Below, piece after piece: positions 33,508 through 61,982 of a DNA stretch of 64,000 nt. Numbering within the stretch: position 1 is the stretch's first letter; each line of letters opens with the position of its first letter. The translations under genes and the position numbers were made by a program. The notes below the pieces were generated by a model that made no database searches, was not told the DNA's origin, and saw only the letters and a program-made list of their open reading frames with translations. This DNA is from Amoebidium appalachense (taxonomy: Eukaryota; Protista; Ichthyosporea). The stretch spans positions 13,316,418 to 13,380,417 of the forward strand of contig CAVNZM010000001.1 of assembly GCA_963693365.1 (NCBI GenBank). Direction: 5' to 3'.

Positions 33508-34771
33508 TATAAGCACGACAGTTTTTAGCAGATCAGCAAGCAACAGACACATCTTCTGTGTTTAGCACCTACAGCTTTACAGCTATATTTTCTTTTCCTT
33601 CTCCCTATCTTTCCCTACGCCGGTCAGCATGCCGCCGAAAAAGCGAAAGGCCTCAGCCACCGCCCCTGCCGCGGCACCTAAGCGCCTGACCCGCAGCGAC
33701 CTCCGCCACAGGCTGACCAACGCTCCCGCGGGCACTGACGCGCCTCCAGCGGCCCATACCATCACGGACCCTCCGGCTACTCTCCCCTCTACTCCTGAAG
33801 TCCCACCTCAGGCCCCACCGTCCCCGCCGATGACTTCTCAAGACGCCGTCCTTGCCGCCCTCACCGCCATCAGCACCCAGATGGCTGGCGTCCTGGCCGC
33901 TCTCACCAACCGCGACCCTCCCGCACCCCCCGCCGCGCCCTCCGCACCCGGGGAGGTTTCCCCGGGGCTGCATCTCGGCCCTGACCTGGACCTACCTGCC
34001 CTGCCCGCGCCCCCCATTACAGGTGAGAACACTGGCGACATTCAGCCGGGCACACTCCCGCTTCCCCCCGCGGATGTGCTGGCAGATTTGCGCGCCAATC
34101 GTTTCGTCGACCTGTACAAGTTCACCCCCGCAGCCCTCCTGGCCCCGGAGCAAGCATACTGCTCTCGTGCCGTGGTTTACAACCATTGCAGGTTCACTTT
34201 CGTCCAAGGGGATGTCCCCCTTGAGGCAACACACGTCCCGGAGTAGTTTTCATAGAGGTTTTATTTGTGGAGTTTTATTGACATAAATATTTTTCTGGGT
34301 AAACACGTAGGATGGGTGTCCGATATCAACATAACCATGTAGGCTTCGTTTCGTGTTTTAGCAGCTCGCGTTCGGCTGCCCGCATACGGGTACCTATTAG
34401 CCGATCAAAACATCAGATTCCACAGATCACTAGACCGAGTTTGATTGGCTGAGGATCAGATTTCACATAACACTAGATCGATTTTGATTGGCTCAGATCG
34501 GGAGCCCTAGGTATATAAGCACGACAGTTTTTAGCAGGTCAGCAAGCAACAGATACATCTTCTGTGTCTAGCACCTACAGCTTTACAGCTATATTTTCTT
34601 TTCACCCACCCACCTACACCCAACACTCAACCCCCATTGATCCACATATACGTGCTTTTTTTTCACGGGGCGAAGACTTCCCCCGTTTTTTGGGCACAAG
34701 GACCTCACGGATCAATAAATTGATGACTGGGGGCTTGCCACGCGTGGTTTACAACCATTAGTTTTCATAGA
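33508..34771 (+). mobile_element. Truncated DIRS/Ngaro-like (tyrosine-recombinase retrotransposon) relic with split direct repeats
   Basis: ~90-bp direct repeats at 33508-33597 and 34514-34603 (tataagcacgacag...tattttcttttc). A second short repeat (cgtggtttacaaccatt / agttttcatagag) occurs at 34171-34257 and 34743-34771. A gag-like ORF follows the first repeat; no RT or YR is retained. Confidence 0.55.
33629..34246 (+). CDS. gag-like ORF1 of a DIRS/Ngaro-type element (probably 3'-truncated)
   Basis: MPPKKRK basic N-terminus, Pro/Ala-rich linker, then LPPADVLADLRANRFVDLYKF, which resembles the P..l...I....(F/Y)VDL motif of Ngaro/DIRS gag (recognised from memory, not searched). Confidence 0.55.
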   Translation: MPPKKRKASATAPAAAPKRLTRSDLRHRLTNAPAGTDAPPAAHTITDPPATLPSTPEVPPQAPPSPPMTSQDAVLAALTAISTQMAGVLAALTNRDPPAPPAAPSAPGEVSPGLHLGPDLDLPALPAPPITGENTGDIQPGTLPLPPADVLADLRANRFVDLYKFTPAALLAPEQAYCSRAVVYNHCRFTFVQGDVPLEATHVPE

Positions 34772-35102
34772 GTGCTCTGATGTTGATATTGCCTGGGAAG
34801 TTGTGCAGTGGCGTTGGAATTTTTGTTTTCATCGCCGCTGGTGCTACTTTTGTGCTGAACTTTTTAATCGCAAGCATGTTGATAGGTGTGTTCAGGTATC
34901 TCAGTATGCACTTGTTACTGGATAACTCGTGAAGTTTTTATTGTCTTCTCAGTATGCCGTGCAAACTTGCATATCTTTCCGTCGTCAAAAGAAAAGAATT
35001 CTACCATAAAAACCGTCAAAGCTGCACGTATCATGAAATTTGTCTATAATTGTCAAATTGTTAGCCATCCAGCAATTTGCATACAAAATGTCATATAAAG
35101 CC

Positions 35103-35105
<3 letters not shown>

Positions 35106-35152
<47 letters not shown>
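35106..35152. repeat. (TA)n microsatellite
   Basis: Direct reading. Confidence 0.95.
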
Positions 35153-35154
<2 letters not shown>

Positions 35155-36147
35155 GTCATACTCAGTTTGCTATCTAACAAATAGTCTAAACTGTTATTGG
35201 GATAACGGGTAATGCCTGCAACCGAACAGAAACTGGAACAATCTGGATTAACATGCTACATCGGTCTAAGTGCTTCCTAGGCCTGTCGAACCTAGTAGTC
35301 ACAGAGATGGCAGATACGGTTATGAAATACAATACATAATTAATTCGCCAGTGTAAGGCCGCCAAGGCAGGCAAGGCCGATGCAATATTCGGACAGATCT
35401 GACGTAGGTTTCCTAATATGGAAAGGAATGCTATCCGAGTCACTAGCAGCCCAAAGTTAACCATATAAGGAACGCCTAAGAGAACGTAAAAACACATCGA
35501 TAGGATGCTGCGGAATATCATTGATTTGCTTTTCCTCAGGGTCTAAAGTGGGTCAAACTTCGTTGTAAAATGTGCGATACTCGTCCACTATCTGCAGATC
35601 AAAAAATAAAGGAGATATATATATATACGGACGAACAGAAGGAGGAATGGTTTAGATATAATAACTAGAGAAAGAGAGAGAGAGAGATGTGGTTGTGGTG
35701 GTGGGGCGGGGCGGGTGTGTTTGGGGGGAGAGAGTTTATGAGGGGGGGGGGGGGCGGGGAGGGGGGGCAGGGGGGTTGGGAGTGGGGGGGTTGGAAGAAG
35801 AGCCTCGAGGGAGAGGGATCGGGGCCGGGGGAAGAGCCTAATATTAGTCTGAGAGAGTGATCCTCGACAGAGTGAAGAGATCTAGCTAGAGAGAGAGGGA
35901 GACAGAGAGAGAGTGAGTACTCGTGAGTGAATGAGTCAGAAGAAGTAGACGTGAGAGTGAGAGTTTGAGAAAGTGACCATGAGTGAGTGCGCGAGAGAGA
36001 GACACGTCATCAGAGAGGGCCTCGGAGAGATCTTCCGTGTCTAGGGCAGAGAGAGATCTAACATCTGATGAAAAGAGAGAGAAAAGAGAGTGTGTGCGCG
36101 CGTGTGCGCGCCGCGAGAGCTATAGAGAGAGCTATAGAGAGAGTGAT

Positions 36148-36753
<606 letters not shown>

Positions 36754-38160
36754 CCTAGAAATTTCGAGTTCGATCCGCTATAATAGATAGATGATATGTA
36801 CAGATGGACAATGGAAAGAAGGATGATCTTCAAGGATTCCGGGCACGTCCACAATAGCTAGCTCGAGAGCGGTCTGAGAGCGCGCACTTCGTGCAGGGCT
36901 CATCGATTTCGCACGTGCGCGGGATCTGCATCAAGTCAAATGTTGGTTGGTCCGGCGTTCACCCTTGGCCGCCAGCTGATTGGCTAATATCCGTCAATTC
37001 GAAATCAATAGAACAAATTATATTCTAAGGGGGGCTTGCGCATCAAACGGTATTTGGAGTCCTAGCTTGGCAAGTTCTTGGCCGCTAATATAGCACTAAT
37101 TTCATAGATATAGGCCACATTTAGGCTCTATTTAGTTTTAAAAGTAATTATATATTGAAGAAGCCGAGTAAGCTTACTAAACCACAAAATAAATCTCAAG
37201 CAAGGCGGTACAAAATTTTACGGATTTAATGAAAGTAGCAGCGTCTTGTTGGAACCCCTCTTTGCATGTTTGAGGAGAATGTAATGTGCATATTTGTTTA
37301 GCGATTTCCACCAATCAGGAATATTTCCGCTTCATATTTCTTCTGATTGGTTTTTCACACCCGCTGCATTATATCCCTTTCCGGTCCGCCGCCTGCGGTG
37401 GCCCGCCTTAACAGATAGATCTGGAAAAAGATTACAGAACGAAGCCAAAATACTAAGCAGCTAGGAAATTTTTTGATTGCATACGATAATGATTCATTAT
37501 TTTTTATACTTGGGGTTTTTTTACGGTCTGGCTTTAGATGTCTGTTGATCACCATATTATTTGTCGATACCAACTTGAAAGATAACAAATTTGGACCGGA
37601 TGAAGATCAGGCTGGAAATTAGGGGGTTTAGGGCCAGAAAATTGTCCCTGCAAGTCCCGAAAAATATCCCTAACTTTTCGAGGTTATGTCCATCAATTTC
37701 TGAAAATTGGTTCTAAAAGAGCCACATATACTAGAAAAATGGCACCTAAAGACGGTTGTTGGCTCTATTGGGGCCATCCAGGCTGGTGGAAAGCTGCCAA
37801 AACGGCACTAGCCAAAAAGAAATGTCACACCCTGGGATGAACAATGCATGCTCTAGTTGGCTACATTTATCATCTTTGGAACCAAGCCGTCCGAGTTATT
37901 GCTGACTTATTACCAATCAATGTTTTTCCTTGAAGCGAGTATTTTCATGCTCAACGTTAACGATATTGGAAAACAAGCACAGCCAACTGTTGATTCTTCT
38001 ATATATTGTTCAAAGAGCCTATTATAATATATAACCCATATTAATAACTAGGAGCCTAGAAGGCAGGCAAAAATGGAACATTGACTTTTCAGTATATAAA
38101 GCATTACTCTAGCAATTACTATTGATACTGAACATCAATACCCTCATTCCACTTAGTCAA

Positions 38161-38225
38161 CCAATCGCAAAATAGGATATGAACTGCTCTTCACCGCGCC
38201 AAGGGCTTCAGAATCGCCTATAAAA
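38161..38225 (+). promoter_or_regulatory. Putative CCAAT + TATA core promoter of the MORN gene
   Basis: CCAAT at 38161-38165 and TATAAAA at 38219-38225, about 80 nt upstream of ATG 38303. Confidence 0.5.
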
Positions 38226-38302
38226 ACGACACACATTCACTCACTCTGCTTATACAACCGCCTGTACAACCACAGGCAACAGTGAACACAATAGCGAAGC
38301 AA

Positions 38303-38983
38303 ATGGCTCTAAGCGACAGTTCAAACGACTCCCTCGGGAGCTACATTAGCGTGCTCGAGTGCAGCGCCCCACACATGGCACATAAGTTTAGCTCAAAGCA
38401 ATGCCAGTCATCGCTAAAGCATTGCAGTGAGCGCACATGGGCACGCTCATCCCTCCGCGCCGGTTCATACTATGATGGTGAGAAGAAGGGAAACCTGTTT
38501 CACGGCTACGGTGTGCTCGTTACGAGCGGCTTTGTCTATGCCGGTGAGTGGGCAAACGGCAAGCAACACGGATACGGAATCCTTTACTCTACAAACACGT
38601 GCTCTATCTATGAGGGCCAATTCAAGGACGGCGCGGCACACGGTTACGGCCGCCAGCTGGTGCAGCGTGTGACCCACACACGGTACTACTACGGCCGCTT
38701 CTCAAAGGGAAAGTTTACGGCCCCACTCATTGGCCTCTTTGCTCTTCAGCACCGCAAGAATGGTGTGGAGGCCGCAAACGCTGCGCGGTTTGCAGTAAAC
38801 CAGGCGAGCGAGCTTGCACAAGAATCGACAAGAAAAGCTCTGGAAACTGCCAAGAATAACCTGCTGAGCCCCCCCGAGAGGGTTGAGTTCTCTCTACTCA
38901 TGCGCACTGCTTACGCAAAGGTCAAGGTTAAGCCTGCCGCACTTGAGCTTGGGCCCCTCACACGCCTTGTGTGCTCAAACTAG
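38303..38983 (+). CDS. Intronless MORN-repeat protein (~226 aa) with C-terminal Ala-rich helix
   Basis: MORN repeats YDGEKKGNLFHGYGVL, YAGEWANGKQHGYGIL, YEGQFKDGAAHGYGRQ and partial YYGRFSKGK, then a helical tail; no TM anchor. Confidence 0.88.
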   Translation: MALSDSSNDSLGSYISVLECSAPHMAHKFSSKQCQSSLKHCSERTWARSSLRAGSYYDGEKKGNLFHGYGVLVTSGFVYAGEWANGKQHGYGILYSTNTCSIYEGQFKDGAAHGYGRQLVQRVTHTRYYYGRFSKGKFTAPLIGLFALQHRKNGVEAANAARFAVNQASELAQESTRKALETAKNNLLSPPERVEFSLLMRTAYAKVKVKPAALELGPLTRLVCSN

Positions 38984-41795
38984 GAACACTGAGAATGTAT
39001 GTTAAATAGCAACATAGTACAGCACGAAATTAGGTGAGAAAAGCACCGTCGAATGAACGAACGTCTGCAATAGTACATAAATGAATGTAAGCCTTTGTAA
39101 GTAGATAATTAGCTGCTCGGGGCTGGTCCCCTTAGAAGATATAAGGGAAGCTGGTCTTCTCTGCACATAACAGAAATACAGTTGATCAGCCACCGGCCCC
39201 TCATCCACCTGATTTTCTGCTGCAGTCAAAACCGTTTTCGTTTTCTTACCGAGCTTCAAACTGGCAAAATGAAGTGGCCGACAACAGTGTACTGGTGCTC
39301 AAGTTGAGACGAAAAGCGAGCTGCTCGCCGGCTATGATTGCCGGCTATGATTGAAGTATTTCACGTGCCTCACCTACATAGAGATCTATGCTACGTTTGA
39401 CGACCACCTTGCAGGTCTTCTTTGCACATAAACTTTACTCATACGTGTAGTTGCCTACCGCAAGAAGTTGTGGTGGTGGTGGTGTGCGGGGTGTGTGTGT
39501 GTGTGTTTTTTGTTTTTTTCTTTTTTGGGGGAGGGGGGGGGGGGGGGGGGGGGGGGGGGAGGGGGGGGGAGGAGATGACGGTTTGCTGCTTATTATCGAC
39601 ATGCATGCGAGGTATTATGTGTTGCCGGCACCAATTGATCTGTTGCAGGCACCACGGCCAGCAGTACTTCCAATCAAGAGTGACTAAAATCCAAAAGTGA
39701 TTAAAATCATGGGAATCCGCTAATGGATCCGAATTCTAAGTGTGGTTTGAGATGGGCATATCAACTGGACAAGGATGGTAATATTAAAACTTAGAAAGCA
39801 TCAGTTATCGGCCACACTCCGTAGGTGTGCAGGTGTGGCAACGAAAGTGGTACCTGGGTGCCGACGGTCCAGATGTGGTGTAGAAAGTGGTGTCTGGTTA
39901 CTGAAAAAGAGAGAAGGAAGAGAGAGAGAGAGAGAGTGTGTGTGTGTGTGTGTGTGTGTGTCTGTGGGGGGGGGGGGGGGGGGGGGAGGGGGAGGGAGGG
40001 GCCTGCTTGTCTCTGTTCGCATCTGTCTGTTTATGTCAACACGGTGTGTGTGCGCATAATACGTGAGTGCGTGTGAATATACCATATGGGTTTGTTGATG
40101 TGCGTGGATGGGTTTATTTGTGAGTGTAGGCGCTGCGTGGGCTGAGACAGTGTGTGTTCTCACACACGTGTGCTTGTGTCCCGGAGCGTTTGCCCCCGTG
40201 TGCGCCTGTGCATGTGCGTGCGTCCCTGTGAGCATAGGTGTGCCCTACGGTGCGTGTGTGTATGTCTTGCTGATTTGTGTGTTTGTGTTCTAACATTTTG
40301 TGTGGTGCTTTTGGGGCGCTGCAAAGGTTTACTTCGGCCTCTTTTTGTGGTCAACAGTTACATGGCTTCTGTGTATATTATTTCGGTGTAACACATCACT
40401 TACACAATATTGTGTATGTATGTATTTCCCTTTCCCAACGAGAATAAGCCATCGTGGGTCTTTCTATATAGGCATCACTACTAATGAACACAGTCGACGT
40501 AAAGATCATAAATCAGTAACTTGGTCCACAAGTTTCAGTCCCCCGAGGCTCTCGTCCATGCCTTACACCCACCTAGCTCAAGTAATTATGCAACTCGCTC
40601 GGTCTATTAGGATTTTCAATGTGCCGCATAGTATGGATGTTAGGTATGTACGTGTGTGTATTCTGACAGCGGTTTAATGAGGGCATGCATCGTGCATGCG
40701 CACAACAGCCTGTGGAGAACAGAAAAGGAAGGCAGAAGAAAAACTGATGAAAGTTTCCGAAGGCGCCGTCGACTGGTCGTGGCCCAGCCAACACAATGAA
40801 CCAGGCTGTGAAATTATGGAGTTTAGGGGGCCTGGTGGCCCTGCAGGGGCAACCTGGCAAGGGCATGGTCTTCCAAAAACTACCATTTCAAAATAATAAG
40901 TTCAATTGAATATAATTTTGTAAAAAAAAAAAAAAAAAAAAAAACCCTTTGTAAGGAACTGCTTTCTCAGAAATAACTTTTTCACTGAGTCGCTCAGGCT
41001 CAGCTACTCAGACTGACTGAGGCCGACTCAGCCTCTGAGTGCCGTCAGCGGCCCCACTTTTGACTTTTCGCACCCTGGCGCCAATCAACAGCAACCAATC
41101 AAAACGTAGATATAGGAATGGTAGCTATCTGATTGGTCAAAACAGTATCACTTGGAAATGAAGCAACAGCAACTTGTGAAGCAAGCAACTTGAATCACAG
41201 GCCAGTCCACGAGACAATGTTGAAGAGCTTAGAAAGTGTGCTTCAAAAAACCTCACTATTTGTGTTCCCTCTTCTGTTCCAAGCTTCTTTATATAGTTAT
41301 ATACTTACTCTTTCTGGTTATTACTTTTCCTTCTTTTAAACATTCCTTGTTCATTTTGATGTGTATACAGAAATTCTGATGGTTTTTGGGATCTTTTAGA
41401 TCTAAACGCATATATATGGTTGGTATCTAAATCCACATCGTATAGTCACCTTCTGTTTCATTGCACGAAACCATCCTTTCGACTAATGTCCCAAATCTTG
41501 AGACCAGCAAGATCAGTTGTGCAAGGGCCCGTTCATTCTACTTATGCTAGTTATAATTGCCCGTTGTCTTCAGACGTTAACAATAATTGACCGAGAAGCC
41601 AGTTCCATGCATGTTGTCTCAAAGAATTGTCGAAGAACAGCAGTGACATCCTTGTTTCCATCCCAAACCACTAAAACCAGCGGAAAACATTGGCTTTCTA
41701 CATGCACCCTTGCCAATATTTGATAGGCGTTTGTACCCTCCAGTTTTTACGAACCCAACTAGTGCAAACCCACCACGTATACCTAAACTGCCAAC

Positions 41796-50856
<9,061 letters not shown>

Positions 50857-51510
50857 GGCAGCCGGCAGTTCCGTGCGTGGGCTCAAAGAACTCCTGCGCT
50901 CCTCAATGGGGAGGGTTTTCGCTTTCCCGCCACATGCCCAGGAACACGAATGCATTCCCCCGGGGAACTTTCAGAAGCGTTGGGGTCCCTAGGGGGGAGG
51001 GGGGGAAGGGGGGGGGGGAGGTGTCACGGTGTGTGTGTGGGGGGGGGGGGGGGATATATTCGGATGAATGTCAATGGGCCTAACATGCCCGAAGCCAACC
51101 AACTGTTGTAGAATATGTAGTAACGTGATCTCTAAGAAGGACAAAGCACCAATTCTGGTGCTATGGAAAGTGCAAGTACATATGTATGCGGCTTGGTGTC
51201 ACGGTATGTATTTAACATGTTATTTCTTACAGGAGTGTTCTTGTGGGCATACTGGTTTAACTTGATGTTATTTCGGGAAGATTTACGAATATCCGGTTTT
51301 GGACGTCGTTTAGAAGCATTGTCCGAGTCCCTCGTTTTGGGTGCATAACGTACGGGAGGTTTGTCTTTTAAACAGCAACACAATAAGTGAGGGGCGCAGG
51401 CGTCACCTTAGAGATCAATATTTGACAGTGCAGAACGAGTAGCAGTTGACTTCCAAGCTCACTGAAACTCGGAGTCATTGCAGACTTGAATGTTTCCGGA
51501 GTTATTATGT

Positions 51511-51550
<40 letters not shown>

Positions 51551-53491
51551 CATTGTGTACATGCATGTGTGTGAGTAGGTGGGTGGGGGTGGGGGTGGGG
51601 GTGGGCGGGTGGGTGGTGGTGGTGGTGGTGTGTGTGTGTGTGTGGTGGTGGTGAGGGGGGGGGGGGGGGGGGGGGGGATTGTTGTCGTTGCAACACTTCT
51701 TGATGCCCTATAGTATACCTGGCCCAGCCTGGGCACCGGAATGATTGCCACAACGGGCCACCTGTGCAGCCAGCCATCAATGGGGCCTGCGCAGCTGCCA
51801 GAACTACTGAAACCGTTTCACACCCTTGATCAGAGCCTCTCAGGCTAATGAATAATCATGATCATGGATGATGACGAAGACATATCATATAGGGCCGGTT
51901 TTGGGCATCCATATTGGATGCGGAGTGAGGTGAACAGCCGGGACTAGAACATATGTCACACATGTGTACACGGCCTGTTCCGCTCACTGGTTCTACGTCA
52001 TGAAGGTGGTCTTGATCTACACAAGGAGCTCACCTACGTCACACACTGACACTGAATGTGTGTGGGTCACTGTGTGACGCAAGTGAGCTCCTGTTTTGAG
52101 TGTAAGGAACGGGCACCATGCGCCGTCACCACCTTCCATATCTCTGTGCGTGTACGTCAGAGGAGCTCCCGCCTGCGTCACACTTGGACACAGTCACGGT
52201 GGCACACAAGCGGCTGTTCGACAGGTGCTCATTTGTAGATTTATTCTGCGTCATCTGATTGGGTGACTAATGAGCGCTGCCTTGGAACTGGTCAACTGGG
52301 ATCGATCTTGCAGATTCTTGGTGGGAAACAACATTATATTTGACTGGGTATATATCTTTGTTGACACAGAACAGTGGATATATTACAACCTAACATGTGT
52401 TTATAAAGAAAAAATGGTGTGGTAGGCTTTTTTCCTGATTCGTTTCTGTCAAATTAGCTGATTGACGTTGACTGGTTTATCACGGTTATCACATAGGAAT
52501 CTAGCCAATCGGAGAATGAGCTTCGCTGATTGGGTTTAATAAAAGCAATGCAAATATCTCGGTGTTTGCAAATTGTGGGGATTTTGCTATTTCTGTGAGA
52601 AAGACATGGACCATGGTGTGGAGGTTTTTTATATTTTTTATTCAGTGTTTCTTTTGTGTGTGTGTGTGGTATAGCTTACCTGAATTTTTAAGAACCAACT
52701 GTGCCGTCCTTCGGAGAGCATAAATATAAATTCTCCAGCTCTTGGATTCATACACTTTAGTGAGAGAATTTACCGGCTTCTGAGCCACCTTTCTCATTGG
52801 GTGGGGAAGAGCAATCAATTCGTGTATAGTCTTCGCATTCTGCAAATGTAAACAGAAGAAAAGTCACCTCACAATGAGGCTCACATTTCACGCTGCCAAG
52901 AGGAGCCACACACACACTCCAAGCTGCAGCTCTTACCTATGGGTTATATGTTTGCACTACGCGTGTCAGTTTGTTCTCTTTCGTTGCATTTGTATAGCGA
53001 CTGTACCACTTGAACGTACCACTACACGTGCACAGCTCTCTCGACGCGCACCAGAAATCGTTATGTCCATCTTTTAGAGCTAGGGGAGGAAAAGAGATAA
53101 ACCTAAACACAGGGGGTATGCTATAGCGTAGGTTGATGTGTAAACGTGCTTGCAGCGTTCATTGTTTATCGCGAGTCACTTTGGCGCCCAGTCGCTGGAT
53201 ACCTTTCGGGTGCGAGTCAACAGGCACGCACACCCATATGCGCCTGTTCACCAACCCACATTGCTGCAACACTTATGTAGACACCTCTGATACACACACA
53301 CACGTTCGGTTTGATTCTACCCCGGTAGGTGCTTTGCCTCTTGCATAACAAACACTTGCATGTAGTCTCGAAATAGCTGTTCTTCTTTTTTTTTTTTTTT
53401 TTGGTGCTACTACCAACACAGTACATCTTTCATAACTTCTCCGCACAACCACCGAGCCGCAACCTACAAAAAACAAAAGACAACAATCAAC

Positions 53492-59742
<6,251 letters not shown>

Positions 59743-60248
59743 CATGAATCTGTTTTTGGTTCTTCCTACCTTCCATGTATGGCTAGGTGGACTATTTCAA
59801 ACCGACCTGCCCGGCAGTCAGGACACCCATGTAACACATCAAAGATTTACACACACCGTCGGGGCTCTATTTTTTTTACTGCCTCATTCTTTTCTTTTGA
59901 ACAATAACGTGGCTCCAGAGCCCTCCTTTCTCATATTGGCATGAAACAAAAATAGTAACTTCAAAGAATAACAAAGTTGAGTATCAACGATCGGTATAAA
60001 TGGGTTGCAGGCTTTGCTACAGGAATACAAGAGAATATGAATATGGAGGTGGGGTTACCAGATTAGTTATTCATGAAAATGGCATTTACTATTTGATTTA
60101 TGATGATTATAAGGTGAATCATTTGTAACTAAATGTATTATGTCTGATAAAAGTGTAAATGTCGAGTCAGGGCCCACGTATAAATATTTCCTGGGCCGCC
60201 ATAGTGTACAGCTGTAATATCATGGATATTTGATACCGTAACAAACCT

Positions 60249-60384
60249 TGCTGTAAATATTGCCGTGAATATTGCTGCACATACATCTTGACAAAAGCAA
60301 GATGCATGCATATATGGCTACACACATTGCTGTAAATATTGCCTGAAATATTGCTGTAAATACATCTTGGTAAAAGCAAGATGT
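60249..60384. repeat. Two-copy ~55-bp direct repeat
   Basis: tgctgtaaatattgcc...atacatcttg..aaaagcaagatg at ~60249 and ~60328. Confidence 0.7.
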
Positions 60385-61076
60385 CACCTCCTGGTAGACC
60401 ATCCACTGTGTGGTTGTGTCCCAGCTGGGTCGCAGATCATATGTACCCCGATGTAGATATAATAATAATTGGTAAGATAAAGTGACGAGATAATCATAAG
60501 TTATAATCCGGGTGATGAGGTAAACGAGTGGTGAGATATGGTGGTGGCTTGCAAAATATTCTGAGAAATATTGTTCAAAACAAATATCAATAAACACTGT
60601 AGAACATCCACAGCAGACTTGGTGATATATGATGCGCCGGATATTTGCATCCAGCACTAATTAAGAAACCCCCTTCCTCCCACCCCCCAACTCCCCCCCC
60701 CCCCCCCTCCGCCCCCCCACCCCACCCCAGCCCCTCTCCGCCCCTTCCCCTCCCCCCCCCCCCCCCCCCCCCCCTTCCTCCTTCCCCTTTCCCGGCCATA
60801 ATCGTTTGTGTCAGACGCTCAAGCTAACGGTTACATACCTTACCGAGGCCGCGGCATTCTGACTCATGATAGTCGTGACAGACGCCACAAATTTAAACTA
60901 TGGGCATGTGCCCATGCAATAGCTCGATACTGAATATAAGTTAGTGTTCATTTATAAAGGTAAATTTGCCAAAATGAGCCCATCGCCATCTGATGATCCC
61001 AGGGAGCATAGTATCAATGTTATCATGAATTCAAGTTACCCTTTCTTTCGTTTCGTTCCCTTCTTTTCTTTTCTCT

Positions 61077-61124
<48 letters not shown>

Positions 61125-61909
61125 TTCCCCCGCCCCCCTTGGACACATAAGCAACGTTTTCTTAGTTAGCCACAATTTTATATGCATGGTGGCCGCAGCG
61201 GGATCATGATTTGTGGGGTGGTGTGTGCATGTATGCATGTGTGTGTGGGGGGGGGGGGGGGGGGGGGGGGGGGAGGGGGGGGGAGGGGGGGGGGGAGGGG
61301 GGGGGGGGGAGGGCCAGTCGGTGGCCTGGTCCAGCCTGGGGTCCCGGGTGCAGAATAATGGGTTCTACAGGTACAAACAAACAAAATTGACAAAACACTC
61401 ACATGACATACATATATTGTAGATACAAGCGATACATTAGGCTAAGCATGCATACATGATCATCTAATTATCATGATTAAACTCAATCTAGGCTAATAGA
61501 TAGGCACCCACGTACACTCGGTCACGGTGAGTGGTGGCGCCTTCCAAGGCCTTCAAGTTGGGTATGTTGAACCGGCATCAATAGTATTACAGTGTGCACA
61601 CCGGTGCGACAGCGGCACACACACACTGTCAGTGATACCCAGAAACTACTCACTCCGTACACAGTCACATGATCGAGCTCCACGCACATGCACGCGTGTA
61701 TCGATGCTGTAACATCCGGAAACAACACCACGTGCACCCACTAGTACAGCAGCCTGCGACAAGCTAATACTACTATTAGGGTTTGGCGCGCCAAAAAAAC
61801 GTTTTTGGAAACAATAACAACAACAATAATTATCCAAATTATTAAAAGAAAAATAAAGAGGGGGACAGGAGGTGGGGGGAGAGATAGGGGGGGGGGGGGG
61901 GGGGGGAGT

Positions 61910-61982
<73 letters not shown>

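Noticed and set aside
35186-35521. 111-aa minus-strand ORF and similar short ORFs in 37-41 kb and 60-63.6 kb
   Set aside because: No recognisable motifs, splice partners or coding-like composition.
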